A stretch of 48,960 bases of DNA from Solirubrobacterales bacterium (GTDB taxonomy: Bacteria; Actinomycetota; Thermoleophilia; Solirubrobacterales; 70-9): the NCBI GenBank assembly GCA_036557385.1, contig DATBHQ010000134.1, forward strand, positions 1 to 48,960. The letters are read 5' to 3'. Of this stretch, positions 8,328 through 16,027 are shown one piece after another (position 1 is the first letter of the stretch; each line of letters starts with the position of its first letter). Below the pieces are notes generated by a model that saw only the letters and a program-made list of their open reading frames with translations, did not search any database and was not told the origin of the DNA. The position numbers and the translations under genes are program-made.

Positions 8328-9408
8328 CGAGAAGCCCAAGCCGGAGGTCCGCCTCGATCAGCTCACCGGGCTGCGGACGATCCTCTCCCCGGCGCGGGCC
8401 GACCGGCCGTTCGACTTCGGCGGCGTTCCCACGGAGCCCAATCAGGATGCGCGCGAGAACTGCCCCTTCTGTGAGGGGCGCGAGGACCGCACCCCACCCG
8501 AGAGGTGGGCGGATCGCCCGGGCGGAGGGGAGCCGGATTCACCGGGCTGGCGGGTGCGGTCGGTGCCCAACCTCTATCCGGCGCTCGCGCAGACCTGGGA
8601 GGACGAGGCGCCGAGCTCTCCCGAGGGGGGCATCGAGGCCGGCGAGGGGTTCGCGGCCGCGGGCGACCCGCTGCGGGCCAGCTCGCGCGGCCGCGAGCCC
8701 GATCTCTTTCGCCCCTCGGTCGCGACCGGCTTCCACGAGGTGATCGTCAACTCGCCGCAGCATCGGACCTCGCTCGGCCAGCTCGACGACGGCGAGCTCA
8801 CCGCCGCCGTCGCCGGCTGGCGGGAGCGGATGCGGGCCCACGCCGAGAAGGCGGCCTACGTCCAGCTGATCGTCAACGAGGGCCGCGAGGCCGGCGCGTC
8901 CCTCGAGCACAGCCACGCCCAGCTCTACGCGCTCGGCTTCGTTCCGGCCGCGATCGCGCGGGAGCGGGAGCGGTTCTCCGCCTACAACCAGCAGACGATG
9001 GGCGGTGATCTGCTCGGCGAGATCGCCTCGGAGGAGGTGCGGCGACGGGAGCGTCTGGTGGCGATCGATGACGACGCGCTGCTGATCTGCCCCTGGGCGT
9101 CGCGCTCCCCGTTCGAGCTGCGGATCATCCCGCGCACTCCCGCGGCGAGCTTCCAGGACGACGGGGAGGTCGGGCTGGGGATGCTGCGCACGGCGCTCCG
9201 TGCGCTCGAGGCGCGCTTCGACGCCGTCCCCCAGTTCAACGCCTGGACGCTGACCGCGCCGCGAGACGCCGAGACCTTCCACTGGCACCTCGACATCGCG
9301 CCGCGCATCGGGATCCGCGCCGGCTTCGAGATGTCGACCGGCATCGAGCTCAACGTCTTCCCGCCGGAGCGGGCTGCCGCGGAGCTGCGCGAGGCGCTCG
9401 GAGGCTGA
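8320..9408 (+). CDS. galT: Galactose-1-phosphate uridylyltransferase family (HIT superfamily branch III) nucleotidyltransferase
   Basis: Zn motif CPFCEGRE, NLYPAL, HEVIVNSPQH, active-site-like SLEHSHAQLY, second half-domain WHLDIAPR. No galK or galE nearby, so the physiological substrate is uncertain. Confidence 0.7.
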   Translation: MADEKPKPEVRLDQLTGLRTILSPARADRPFDFGGVPTEPNQDARENCPFCEGREDRTPPERWADRPGGGEPDSPGWRVRSVPNLYPALAQTWEDEAPSSPEGGIEAGEGFAAAGDPLRASSRGREPDLFRPSVATGFHEVIVNSPQHRTSLGQLDDGELTAAVAGWRERMRAHAEKAAYVQLIVNEGREAGASLEHSHAQLYALGFVPAAIARERERFSAYNQQTMGGDLLGEIASEEVRRRERLVAIDDDALLICPWASRSPFELRIIPRTPAASFQDDGEVGLGMLRTALRALEARFDAVPQFNAWTLTAPRDAETFHWHLDIAPRIGIRAGFEMSTGIELNVFPPERAAAELREALGG

Positions 9409-9409
9409 G

Positions 9410-10492
9410 ATGGCGAAGAGCCCGCCCGACGCGAGCACCAGTGGGATGAAGGGCGAGGGCTTCTACGACGCCCACTCGGAATACCAGCGGCGTGTGATCG
9501 AGGCGGGTGATGAGCTGATCGGCGACGCCGCCGGCTCTCTCGAACCGGACCCGGAGCGAGCCGCCACCATCGTGGACTACGGCTCCGGCACGGGAGCAAC
9601 CTCCGTGCGTGCGGTCGGAACGGCGATCGCGGCGATCCGCGAGGGTGGCCGCGATCGCCCCCTCCAGGTGATCCACAACGACGTCCCGGACAACGACTTC
9701 ACGCAGCTCTTCCGGAACGTCGCCGGAACTGACGGCTACCTGCGGGCGGGCGGTCCGGTCTACGCGCTCGCCGCGGCGGGATCGTTCTTCGACCAGGTCA
9801 TCCCGGATCACTCGGCCGACCTCGGGATGTGCTCCAACGCCTCCCACTGGCTGCGCCATCAGCCCACGGCCCGGATCCAGGACGGGATGTACTTCTGCGA
9901 GGCCGCCGGCGACGAGCGGGAGGCGATCGCCTCTCAGGCCGCCCAGGACTGGCACTCCTTCCTCTCCGCCAGGGCCCGCGAGCTCAGGCCCGGCGGCCGC
10001 CTGGTGGTCCAGGGCATCGGCAGCGACGACAGCGGCGAGCACGTGTCGGCTTCGCGCCTCCTCCGCGTGATGTGGCGTGCCGCCGATCAGCTGGCCGAAG
10101 CCGGCCAGCTCGACCGAGAGACGCTCGAGGACTACGTCTTCCCGGTCTACTGCCGCAGCCCCGCCGAGGCGAAGCGACCGCTGGAGGACGGCGAGCTCGA
10201 GCGAGAGCTGGAGCTCGTCACCGAGAGGCTCGACGAGGTGCCCAGCCCCTACTGGGAGACGTACGAGCGCTCCGGCGACGCCGAGGCCTACGCCGACACC
10301 TACGTCGAGTTCGTGCGCGCTTTCGCCGAGTCGACCATGCTCGCCAACCTGTTCGAGCCCGGCGCCCGGGGCACCGATCCGGCCAAGCTGTGCGACCGCT
10401 ACTTCGAGGTCCTCCGCGGGATCTGCGCCGAGACGCCGGACGAGGGCCGCTACGAAGCTTGGATCCTGCGCCTGGTGATTGCGCGCAGGTAG
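9410..10492 (+). CDS. SABATH-type (Methyltransf_7-like) SAM-dependent methyltransferase
   Basis: By-eye alignment to plant salicylic acid carboxyl methyltransferase: MKGEGFYDAHSEYQRRVI, IVDYGSGTGATS, QVIHNDVPDNDFTQLFRNV, AAGSFFDQVIP, SNASHWL, FLSARARELRPGGRLVV, FPVYCRSPAE. Start lies 1 nt after the galT stop. Confidence 0.7.
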   Translation: MAKSPPDASTSGMKGEGFYDAHSEYQRRVIEAGDELIGDAAGSLEPDPERAATIVDYGSGTGATSVRAVGTAIAAIREGGRDRPLQVIHNDVPDNDFTQLFRNVAGTDGYLRAGGPVYALAAAGSFFDQVIPDHSADLGMCSNASHWLRHQPTARIQDGMYFCEAAGDEREAIASQAAQDWHSFLSARARELRPGGRLVVQGIGSDDSGEHVSASRLLRVMWRAADQLAEAGQLDRETLEDYVFPVYCRSPAEAKRPLEDGELERELELVTERLDEVPSPYWETYERSGDAEAYADTYVEFVRAFAESTMLANLFEPGARGTDPAKLCDRYFEVLRGICAETPDEGRYEAWILRLVIARR

Positions 10493-10497
10493 GGTCA

Positions 10498-11142
10498 TTG
10501 GCCGTGCCGCCCGTCTCTCGACCGATACCGCGCTTCATCGCCGACGCAAGCGTCGAGGGGCTGCCCTACGGCCGCTGGGCCCAGCGGCTGCGTGAGGAGT
10601 TCGCGTCCGCCTGTGAGCCCCTGGTCGAAGAGGCCGGCGGGCCTCCGGGCGAGGTGACCTGGTTCCCGGAGCGCGGCTGGGGCGGGCGCGTCTACGTGCC
10701 GGCGGTGGCGCCGGTGGAGGGCGCCGCCGAGCCGAGCGAGTACTTCGGCTTCGTGTCCTTCGTGCGCCCCGCCGAGGGGGAGTCCGGGGAGGCGGGCGAG
10801 TTCGACGCGCACGCCGACTTCACCGATGTGACGGCCGACCAGAACCCGGACTGGATGATCGACCTGAACGAGGAGGTGATCGGCGACTGGCGCGGAGAGA
10901 GCGACCGCCGCGGCGACGTCACCCTCGTCTGGGGTACGCCGCTGCTCCCGGGGGCGAAGGCGGCGACCGGGGACCTCCAGGACGAGGTGGTCGACCAGAC
11001 TCCGGTCACCGACGAGCGCTTCACGCTGGTGGCACTCGACGCCGTGAAGGGCTTTCCCGACGACCTCTACCTCGAGATCAAGATCTGGAGCGAGCAGGGC
11101 CAGCAACTCGCCGCCGAGAGCCTCTACGAGGAGCCGGAGTAG
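10498..11142 (+). CDS. Hypothetical acidic protein, last gene of the GNAT-galT-methyltransferase operon
   Basis: GC3-rich frame, the 3' part of ORF 9829-11142. TTG 10498 or GTG 10504 lies just after the preceding stop. No recognisable motif. Confidence 0.5.
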   Translation: MAVPPVSRPIPRFIADASVEGLPYGRWAQRLREEFASACEPLVEEAGGPPGEVTWFPERGWGGRVYVPAVAPVEGAAEPSEYFGFVSFVRPAEGESGEAGEFDAHADFTDVTADQNPDWMIDLNEEVIGDWRGESDRRGDVTLVWGTPLLPGAKAATGDLQDEVVDQTPVTDERFTLVALDAVKGFPDDLYLEIKIWSEQGQQLAAESLYEEPE

Positions 11143-11154
11143 GGCTCCAGCGCG

Positions 11155-12621
11155 TCAGTGAGCCGCGACGAAGCGGCGGATCCAGCGGACCGCCGGTGAG
11201 CGGCGCGGGTAGTAGAGATCGGAGGCGTGCCCGCGGTTGGGGACGATTCGGAGCCGCGAGGAGGGATAGCGGCGCGCAACCGAGCGGGCCTCCCTCACGG
11301 TGGTGATGTCGTCGAACTCGCCGGAGAGCACCAGGACGGGGAGCCCAGCCGGCTGGCTCGCCCCGGCCGGCACGGGCGGCTCCATCCGCGGCGTCGGCGG
11401 CGGCCAGGAGAGGCATCCGGTGAGGCCGGCGGACGGCAGCGTCATCCACTGGGCGACGGTCAGGGGCGCGAACAGGTGGCGCTTGGGAAAGGCGGCGATC
11501 GATTGATCCAGCTGCGCCGTGCGCTGGGCGTAGTCCGCCGAGCGCTCCCAGGCCACCGGATAGTCGTTGCACTCCACAGCGGTGCTCATCCCGGTGGAGA
11601 AGTAGTGGAAGTCGCCGTCGCCGGGCCGTCCCTCGCGGGCGATGCGATCCAGCCGCTCCGGGTCGCCCGCCAGGTACTCGGTGACCGCCCGGTTCAGCGC
11701 CAGATATGAGTTCGGCGACCAGGTCCCCGCCTCGAGCAGGTACTCCAGCGTGCCGTTGAGGGGGCCGCCGGTGCGCTGGATCCGTGCTAGAGCGTGGCGG
11801 AAGCGCTGCGCGCCGTTCCAGGAGCAGCGCAGGCCCTTCTCCCCGCAGAGCGACTTGGCCCGGATGCGGCAGGGCCTGCTCCGCGAGCAGCTCAGCTTGA
11901 GCGCCCGCATCGCGGCCGGGTAGATCGTCCGCCAGAACGCATCGTCGGCCGGATAGGCGGAGGAGAGGACCAGCGAGCGCAGGCTGCCCGGGTAGCGGAC
12001 CGAGTACGCCTGGGACAGCAGGGTCCCGTAGGAGTCCCCGTACAGGGTGATCGGCCCGACGCCCAGCGCGGTGCGGACCGCCTCGATGTCGGCCGCGGAC
12101 TCGGCCGAGGTGAACCCCTGGTAGCGGGGGCCGAGCTGGTTCGCGCAGGACGCGACCGCGATCTGCTCCGGGACCATCCCCCTCTGCACCTGCGTGCAGT
12201 TGACGGCCTGCGAGTGCCCGGTGCCGCGCTGATCGACCAGCACCAGGTCCCGGCGGCGAAGGAGCGGCCGGAAGACGTCCCGGAAGGACTTCGCGGAGTC
12301 GAAGTTGGTGCTCGCGTAGCCCGGCCCGCCCTCGACGGCGAAGATCGTCCCGATCGCCGGCTTCTTCTGAAGGATGCGCGGCCAGACCGCGAAGAAGATC
12401 GGCTGGTCGCCGAGGCTCGGCTCACCGCGCACCGCCGGAACGGTGATCCGCCCACACTCAAATCGCGGACCGGCGCCGATGTTGCAGGGAGCGATCAGGG
12501 GCGAGTCGCTGGCCGCGGCCGTTTCTGCGGTCGCTGCGCTCGCGGGCGCCGATCCAAGGACACCGAGTGCCAGGACTGCCAGGCCCGAGGAGAGCGGAAG
12601 GGAGCATCGCAGTCGGGGCAT
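11155..12621 (-). CDS. Secreted alpha/beta hydrolase, S33 tripeptidyl-aminopeptidase-like
   Basis: Signal peptide LAVLALGVLGSAPASA, oxyanion region EGGPGYAS, nucleophile elbow GDSYG, C-terminal TAP-like LVLSGEFDDIT...NRGHA. Confidence 0.75.
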   Translation of the reverse strand: MPRLRCSLPLSSGLAVLALGVLGSAPASAATAETAAASDSPLIAPCNIGAGPRFECGRITVPAVRGEPSLGDQPIFFAVWPRILQKKPAIGTIFAVEGGPGYASTNFDSAKSFRDVFRPLLRRRDLVLVDQRGTGHSQAVNCTQVQRGMVPEQIAVASCANQLGPRYQGFTSAESAADIEAVRTALGVGPITLYGDSYGTLLSQAYSVRYPGSLRSLVLSSAYPADDAFWRTIYPAAMRALKLSCSRSRPCRIRAKSLCGEKGLRCSWNGAQRFRHALARIQRTGGPLNGTLEYLLEAGTWSPNSYLALNRAVTEYLAGDPERLDRIAREGRPGDGDFHYFSTGMSTAVECNDYPVAWERSADYAQRTAQLDQSIAAFPKRHLFAPLTVAQWMTLPSAGLTGCLSWPPPTPRMEPPVPAGASQPAGLPVLVLSGEFDDITTVREARSVARRYPSSRLRIVPNRGHASDLYYPRRSPAVRWIRRFVAAH

Positions 12622-12647
12622 GCCTGGACACTAACCTGCACTCGCAG

Positions 12648-12721
12648 GCCCCGATAGCTCAGCTGGATAGAGCGTCTCCCTCCTAAGGAGAAGGCCCCAG
12701 GTTCGAATCCTGGTCGGGGCG
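12648..12721 (+). tRNA. tRNA-Arg (anticodon CCU)
   Basis: Manual fold of 74 nt: acceptor GCCCCGA/TCGGGGC, D arm GCTC-AGCTGGATA-GAGC, anticodon arm TCTCC-CTCCTAA-GGAGA, T arm CCAGG-TTCGAAT-CCTGG, discriminator G. No encoded CCA. Confidence 0.9.
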
Positions 12722-12743
12722 CTTGGAGGGGCCGGGTACGTGC

Positions 12744-12769
12744 GTCCCCCACGAGGGGGGTTCGTATTT
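12744..12769 (+). terminator. Possible intrinsic terminator after the tRNA
   Basis: The CCCCC-ACGA-GGGGG(G) hairpin is followed by TTCGTATTT. Short stem and weak U-tract. Confidence 0.3.
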
Positions 12770-12813
12770 ACCGCGATCTCTCCGCTCGGACTACTAGATT
12801 TTCTCGATCTCGA

Positions 12814-13266
12814 ATGGTTCCGGGTCCATCGAGATCCCAATCCCCGATCACCGTCGCCATCGTCGACGGCGATCTTCTGTTCCGGAATGCACTGCGCCTG
12901 CGGCTCGCTGCCGAGAGCGACATCGAGCTCATCGCCGAAGCATCCGATGCATTCACGGGGATCGAGCTCGCCATTCAGCAACGGCCCGATCTGGTCCTGG
13001 TCCAAGTCGCGCTTCCCGATAGAAGTGGCTGCGAAGCGATGCAGGAGATCCTCAGCATCGCCCCAGAGACAAGGGTCATCATGCTCGCGGCCGAGGCCGA
13101 CGAGGCCACTCAGGTGGAGGCGTTGCGAGCGGGGGCGGTCGGGTTCCTGCCGAAGTCCATCAACCTCGACGTCCTGCCGCGAGTCCTCCGCGGCGTGCGA
13201 GCAGGTGAAGCGGCTGTGAGTCGATCGGTGGCCATGCGCCTCGTCGAGGAGGCTCGGGAGAGGTAG
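12814..13266 (+). CDS. Stand-alone receiver-domain protein (NarL/LuxR-type receiver without output HTH); atypical, with Gln at the phospho-acceptor position
   Basis: ITVAIVDGDLL..., RPDLVLVQVALPDRSG (Q where NarL has D59), conserved Lys in GFLPKS. Ends right after LPRVLRGVRAGEAAVSRSVAMRLVEEARER. Paralog of 32493-33281, which continues into a GerE HTH. Confidence 0.7.
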   Translation: MVPGPSRSQSPITVAIVDGDLLFRNALRLRLAAESDIELIAEASDAFTGIELAIQQRPDLVLVQVALPDRSGCEAMQEILSIAPETRVIMLAAEADEATQVEALRAGAVGFLPKSINLDVLPRVLRGVRAGEAAVSRSVAMRLVEEARER

Positions 13267-13407
13267 GGCCGACCGGCCTCATCGCATGTGCAAAATTGAG
13301 GTTTCCGGTGGGTGGTCCGAGGTATACGGTGGTGAATTAGACGGTTCGCGCCGCGGGTTGCTCTGGACCCGGCCGGACGAAATCAGGAGGAGCGAGACCG
13401 GGAAGGG

Positions 13408-14085
13408 ATGCCCGGGATGGCCAAGCTCAAGGTTTCCGGCACTCACATCATCATCGGCGAGCCGGATCCGATTGCTCGGCGAGTGATTCGGGACGGATTG
13501 CAAGACCAAGCCGGCTTCGTGATCCCAGCGGAGGCATCGAACGGCCGCGAGGTCGTCGAGCTGGCGCTCTATTACCGCCCCGACGTCTGCTTGATGGAGA
13601 TCTCGCTCGCCGAGGTCGATGGGCTCACCGCGGTGCGCCAGATCCGGGAGAAGGCGCCCGCGGTTCACGCGCTCATCTTCTCGCAGCACGACACCGAGGA
13701 GTCCCAGTTGGAGGCACTGCGCGCGGGAGCGTCCGGATTCCTCTCCAAGGAGGTCCCGCTGGAGACCGTGGCTCGAGTGGTGCGGAGTGTGGTCCGTGGC
13801 GAATCCGCCTTCTCACGGAAGGTGACGATGCGATTGATCGAGCGGCTGCGAGAGCTCCCGGAAGGCGGTATCGGCATGCGGCCCGTGCACAGCCCGCTGA
13901 CCGAGCGCGAGTGGGAGATCCTGGATTTCTTCTGCCAAGGCAAGGACACCAAGCAGATCGCCGAGACGCTCGTCCTCTCGGAGGAGACCATCCAAAGTCA
14001 CTCCAAGAACGTGCTGCGAAAGCTGAAGGTGCACTCGCGCCAAGAGGCGGTCGAGGTCGCTCAGCGGCTGCGCGTTCCCGTCTGA
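13408..14085 (+). CDS. LuxR/NarL-family response regulator (receiver + GerE HTH), atypical with Glu at the phospho-acceptor position
   Basis: RPDVCLMEISLAEVDG (E for the acceptor D), IFSQHD, GFLSKE. C-terminal LTEREWEILDFFCQGKDTKQIAETLVLSEETIQSHSKNVLRKLKVHSRQEAV is a GerE HTH. The real start is probably ATG 13417 (MAKLKV). Confidence 0.8.
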   Translation: MPGMAKLKVSGTHIIIGEPDPIARRVIRDGLQDQAGFVIPAEASNGREVVELALYYRPDVCLMEISLAEVDGLTAVRQIREKAPAVHALIFSQHDTEESQLEALRAGASGFLSKEVPLETVARVVRSVVRGESAFSRKVTMRLIERLRELPEGGIGMRPVHSPLTEREWEILDFFCQGKDTKQIAETLVLSEETIQSHSKNVLRKLKVHSRQEAVEVAQRLRVPV

Positions 14086-14231
14086 GAACCGGGCACCCCG
14101 CCGGGCACGGCTCGGGGTAGAAAACACCCCTTCTCCTGCTGGGGATCTCCCCCAAACCGGGTTCCCCACCCAATTAGTTTCGGGTAGGTGGATGCCCGGC
14201 CCGAGGGATCCAGCGAGACGAGGACGGATGC

Positions 14232-14861
14232 ATGGTGACGACTTTGGGGCCCCCCGGCCCTGCCTATCTGGTGGTCAAGCGGGCGATGGACATGGTCGTT
14301 TCGGCCACCGCGCTCCTCCTGCTCACGCCGCTCCTGGCGTGCGTGGCGCTCGCCGTCAAGCTCGAATGCCCCGGCGCCCCCTTGCTGTTTCGGCAGCCCC
14401 GCTCGGGCCGGCTCGGGCGGCGCTTCCAGATCACCAAGTTCCGCACCATGGTGCCCAACGCGGATGAGCTCAAGGAGTCCCTGCGGGGACGCAGCTCGGT
14501 CTCCTGGCCGGATTTCAGGCTCGAACACGATCCGCGGGTGACGCCCCTGGGCCGCGTGCTGCGGCAGACGAGCATCGACGAGCTTCCGCAGCTCTGGTCG
14601 GTTCTCCGGGGCGACATGAGCCTGGTCGGGCCTCGCCCGACCAGCTTCAGCTCGGACACCTACCACCCATGGCAAACCGAGCGCCTTGATTTCGCGCCCG
14701 GGCTGACCGGGCCGTGGCAGGTCACGGGCCGGAACTCCATGGACTTCACCCAGCGATGCAGGCTCGAGATCAGCTTCTTCCGGAACACCTCGGTATGGCG
14801 TGAGCTCGGCATCCTGTTCCGGACGGTGCCCGTCCTGATTCGCCGGACCGGAGTCGCATGA
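14232..14861 (+). CDS. Small monotopic phosphoglycosyl transferase (bacterial sugar transferase family, WbaP/EpsL-like initiating enzyme)
   Basis: KRAMDMVVSATALLLLTPLL, FRQPRSGRLGRRFQITKFRTM, DELPQLWSVLRGDMSLVGPRP and PGLTGPWQV are hallmark motifs of the family. Confidence 0.85.
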   Translation: MVTTLGPPGPAYLVVKRAMDMVVSATALLLLTPLLACVALAVKLECPGAPLLFRQPRSGRLGRRFQITKFRTMVPNADELKESLRGRSSVSWPDFRLEHDPRVTPLGRVLRQTSIDELPQLWSVLRGDMSLVGPRPTSFSSDTYHPWQTERLDFAPGLTGPWQVTGRNSMDFTQRCRLEISFFRNTSVWRELGILFRTVPVLIRRTGVA

Positions 14862-16015
14862 TCCGGCAAGCCGCCCCGGCGGGCCTCCCGGATCTCCTCG
14901 ACCTGGCCACCGACCCCGGCGAGGTCACGGCGCTCGCCCCGGAGTGGCGGGCGCTCGCCGAGCGGCGGGGGAGCGCGTTCCTGACGCCCGAATGGTTTCT
15001 GGCCTGGTTGCGTCACTGCGGCCGGGACTGGGAGCCTCACGTAGCGGTTGCGCGCACCCCCGGTGGGATCGTCCGGGGGATCCTCCCCCTCGTCTCGGCC
15101 AAGCGCAACGGCGGCCCCGAGCTCCGGGTCTGCCCGATCGGGGACCGGTTCCATCCGGTCGCGGCCGTGTCAGACGAGGAGGCGGTGGCGGCCGAAGCGG
15201 CCCACGCGCTTGCGCCCGGTGGCGGGCTTCGCTCGCTCCTGCTCGAGAACGTCGACGCCGACGGGGAATGGTGGCGTGCGCTGGCGAAGGCCTCCCCCGC
15301 CCCCCTGGCCACCGTGGAGCGAGGTGAGGCGACGCTGCCCTTCGTGGAGCTGGCGGGCATCGGCTGGGACGAGTACCTGGCCGGGCGGAGCCGGCAGCTC
15401 CGCAGCCAGCTCGGACGGAAGCTGCGCTCCCTCCGGAGAGAGCACGAGGTGCGGTTTCGCCGCACGCTGCGCTTGGAGGACGTCCCCGCGGATCTGCTGA
15501 CCCTTTTCCGGCTGCACGACGCGCGCTGGGCCGAGCGTCCCCAGAGCTCTGCGTTCGCCGACCCCGACGTCCGGGCGTTTCACTTCGAGTTCGCGACCGC
15601 CGCGTTCGAGCGGGGCTGGCTGCGGCTCTTCGTGATGGAGGTGGATGGAGCTCCGGTCGCGGCGCTCTACGGGTGGTCGATCGGCGGGCGCTGGTCCTAC
15701 TATCAGGCGGGATTCGATCCGGCCTGGTCCCGCTACAGCCCCGGCTTCCTCCTGCTCGGGGAGACCATCAGGGCGGCGATCGCGGAGGGGGCCTCCGAAT
15801 ATGACCTGCTGCGGGGAGACGAGGCGTTCAAGCGCCGCTTTGCGACCTCTGCCCGCACGACGCGCACCGTCCTCCTCGCGCCCCGCGGCCACCAGGCCCA
15901 CATCAACGCAGCCGCCGTCGTGCGCCTGCGCCGGGCCTGGCGCACCCTGCCCTCGCGACCCAGGGCCCAGGCGAGGCGACTCGCGAGCCGCCTCGGTGTG
16001 CGCCTGACGACCTAG
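14858..16015 (+). CDS. CelD/BioF2-like GNAT (FemAB-like acyltransferase fold) protein
   Basis: EWRALAERRGSAFLTPEWFLAW and the C-terminal YSPGFLLLGETIRAAIAEGASEYDLLRGDEAFKRRF are typical of the Acetyltransf_6 family found in polysaccharide loci. ATGA overlap with the upstream gene. Confidence 0.7.
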   Translation: MIRQAAPAGLPDLLDLATDPGEVTALAPEWRALAERRGSAFLTPEWFLAWLRHCGRDWEPHVAVARTPGGIVRGILPLVSAKRNGGPELRVCPIGDRFHPVAAVSDEEAVAAEAAHALAPGGGLRSLLLENVDADGEWWRALAKASPAPLATVERGEATLPFVELAGIGWDEYLAGRSRQLRSQLGRKLRSLRREHEVRFRRTLRLEDVPADLLTLFRLHDARWAERPQSSAFADPDVRAFHFEFATAAFERGWLRLFVMEVDGAPVAALYGWSIGGRWSYYQAGFDPAWSRYSPGFLLLGETIRAAIAEGASEYDLLRGDEAFKRRFATSARTTRTVLLAPRGHQAHINAAAVVRLRRAWRTLPSRPRAQARRLASRLGVRLTT

Positions 16016-16027
16016 GCCGCTCGAGAC

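Noticed and set aside
12648-12721. tRNA-Arg as the integration site of a horizontally acquired polysaccharide island.
   Set aside because: I found no integrase or recombinase gene, no direct repeat of the tRNA 3' end at the far side of the locus (only chance 8-mers such as tcgaatcc), and no obvious drop in GC across the locus.
13267-13407. Shared operator upstream of the two B-type regulator genes: a TACGGT/ACCGTA core in 13267-13407 and 33282-33374, both comparatively AT-rich.
   Set aside because: The common element is only a hexamer, which is expected by chance in two regions of about 100 bp. No convincing inverted repeat is shared. Noted only as a place to look with real motif tools.
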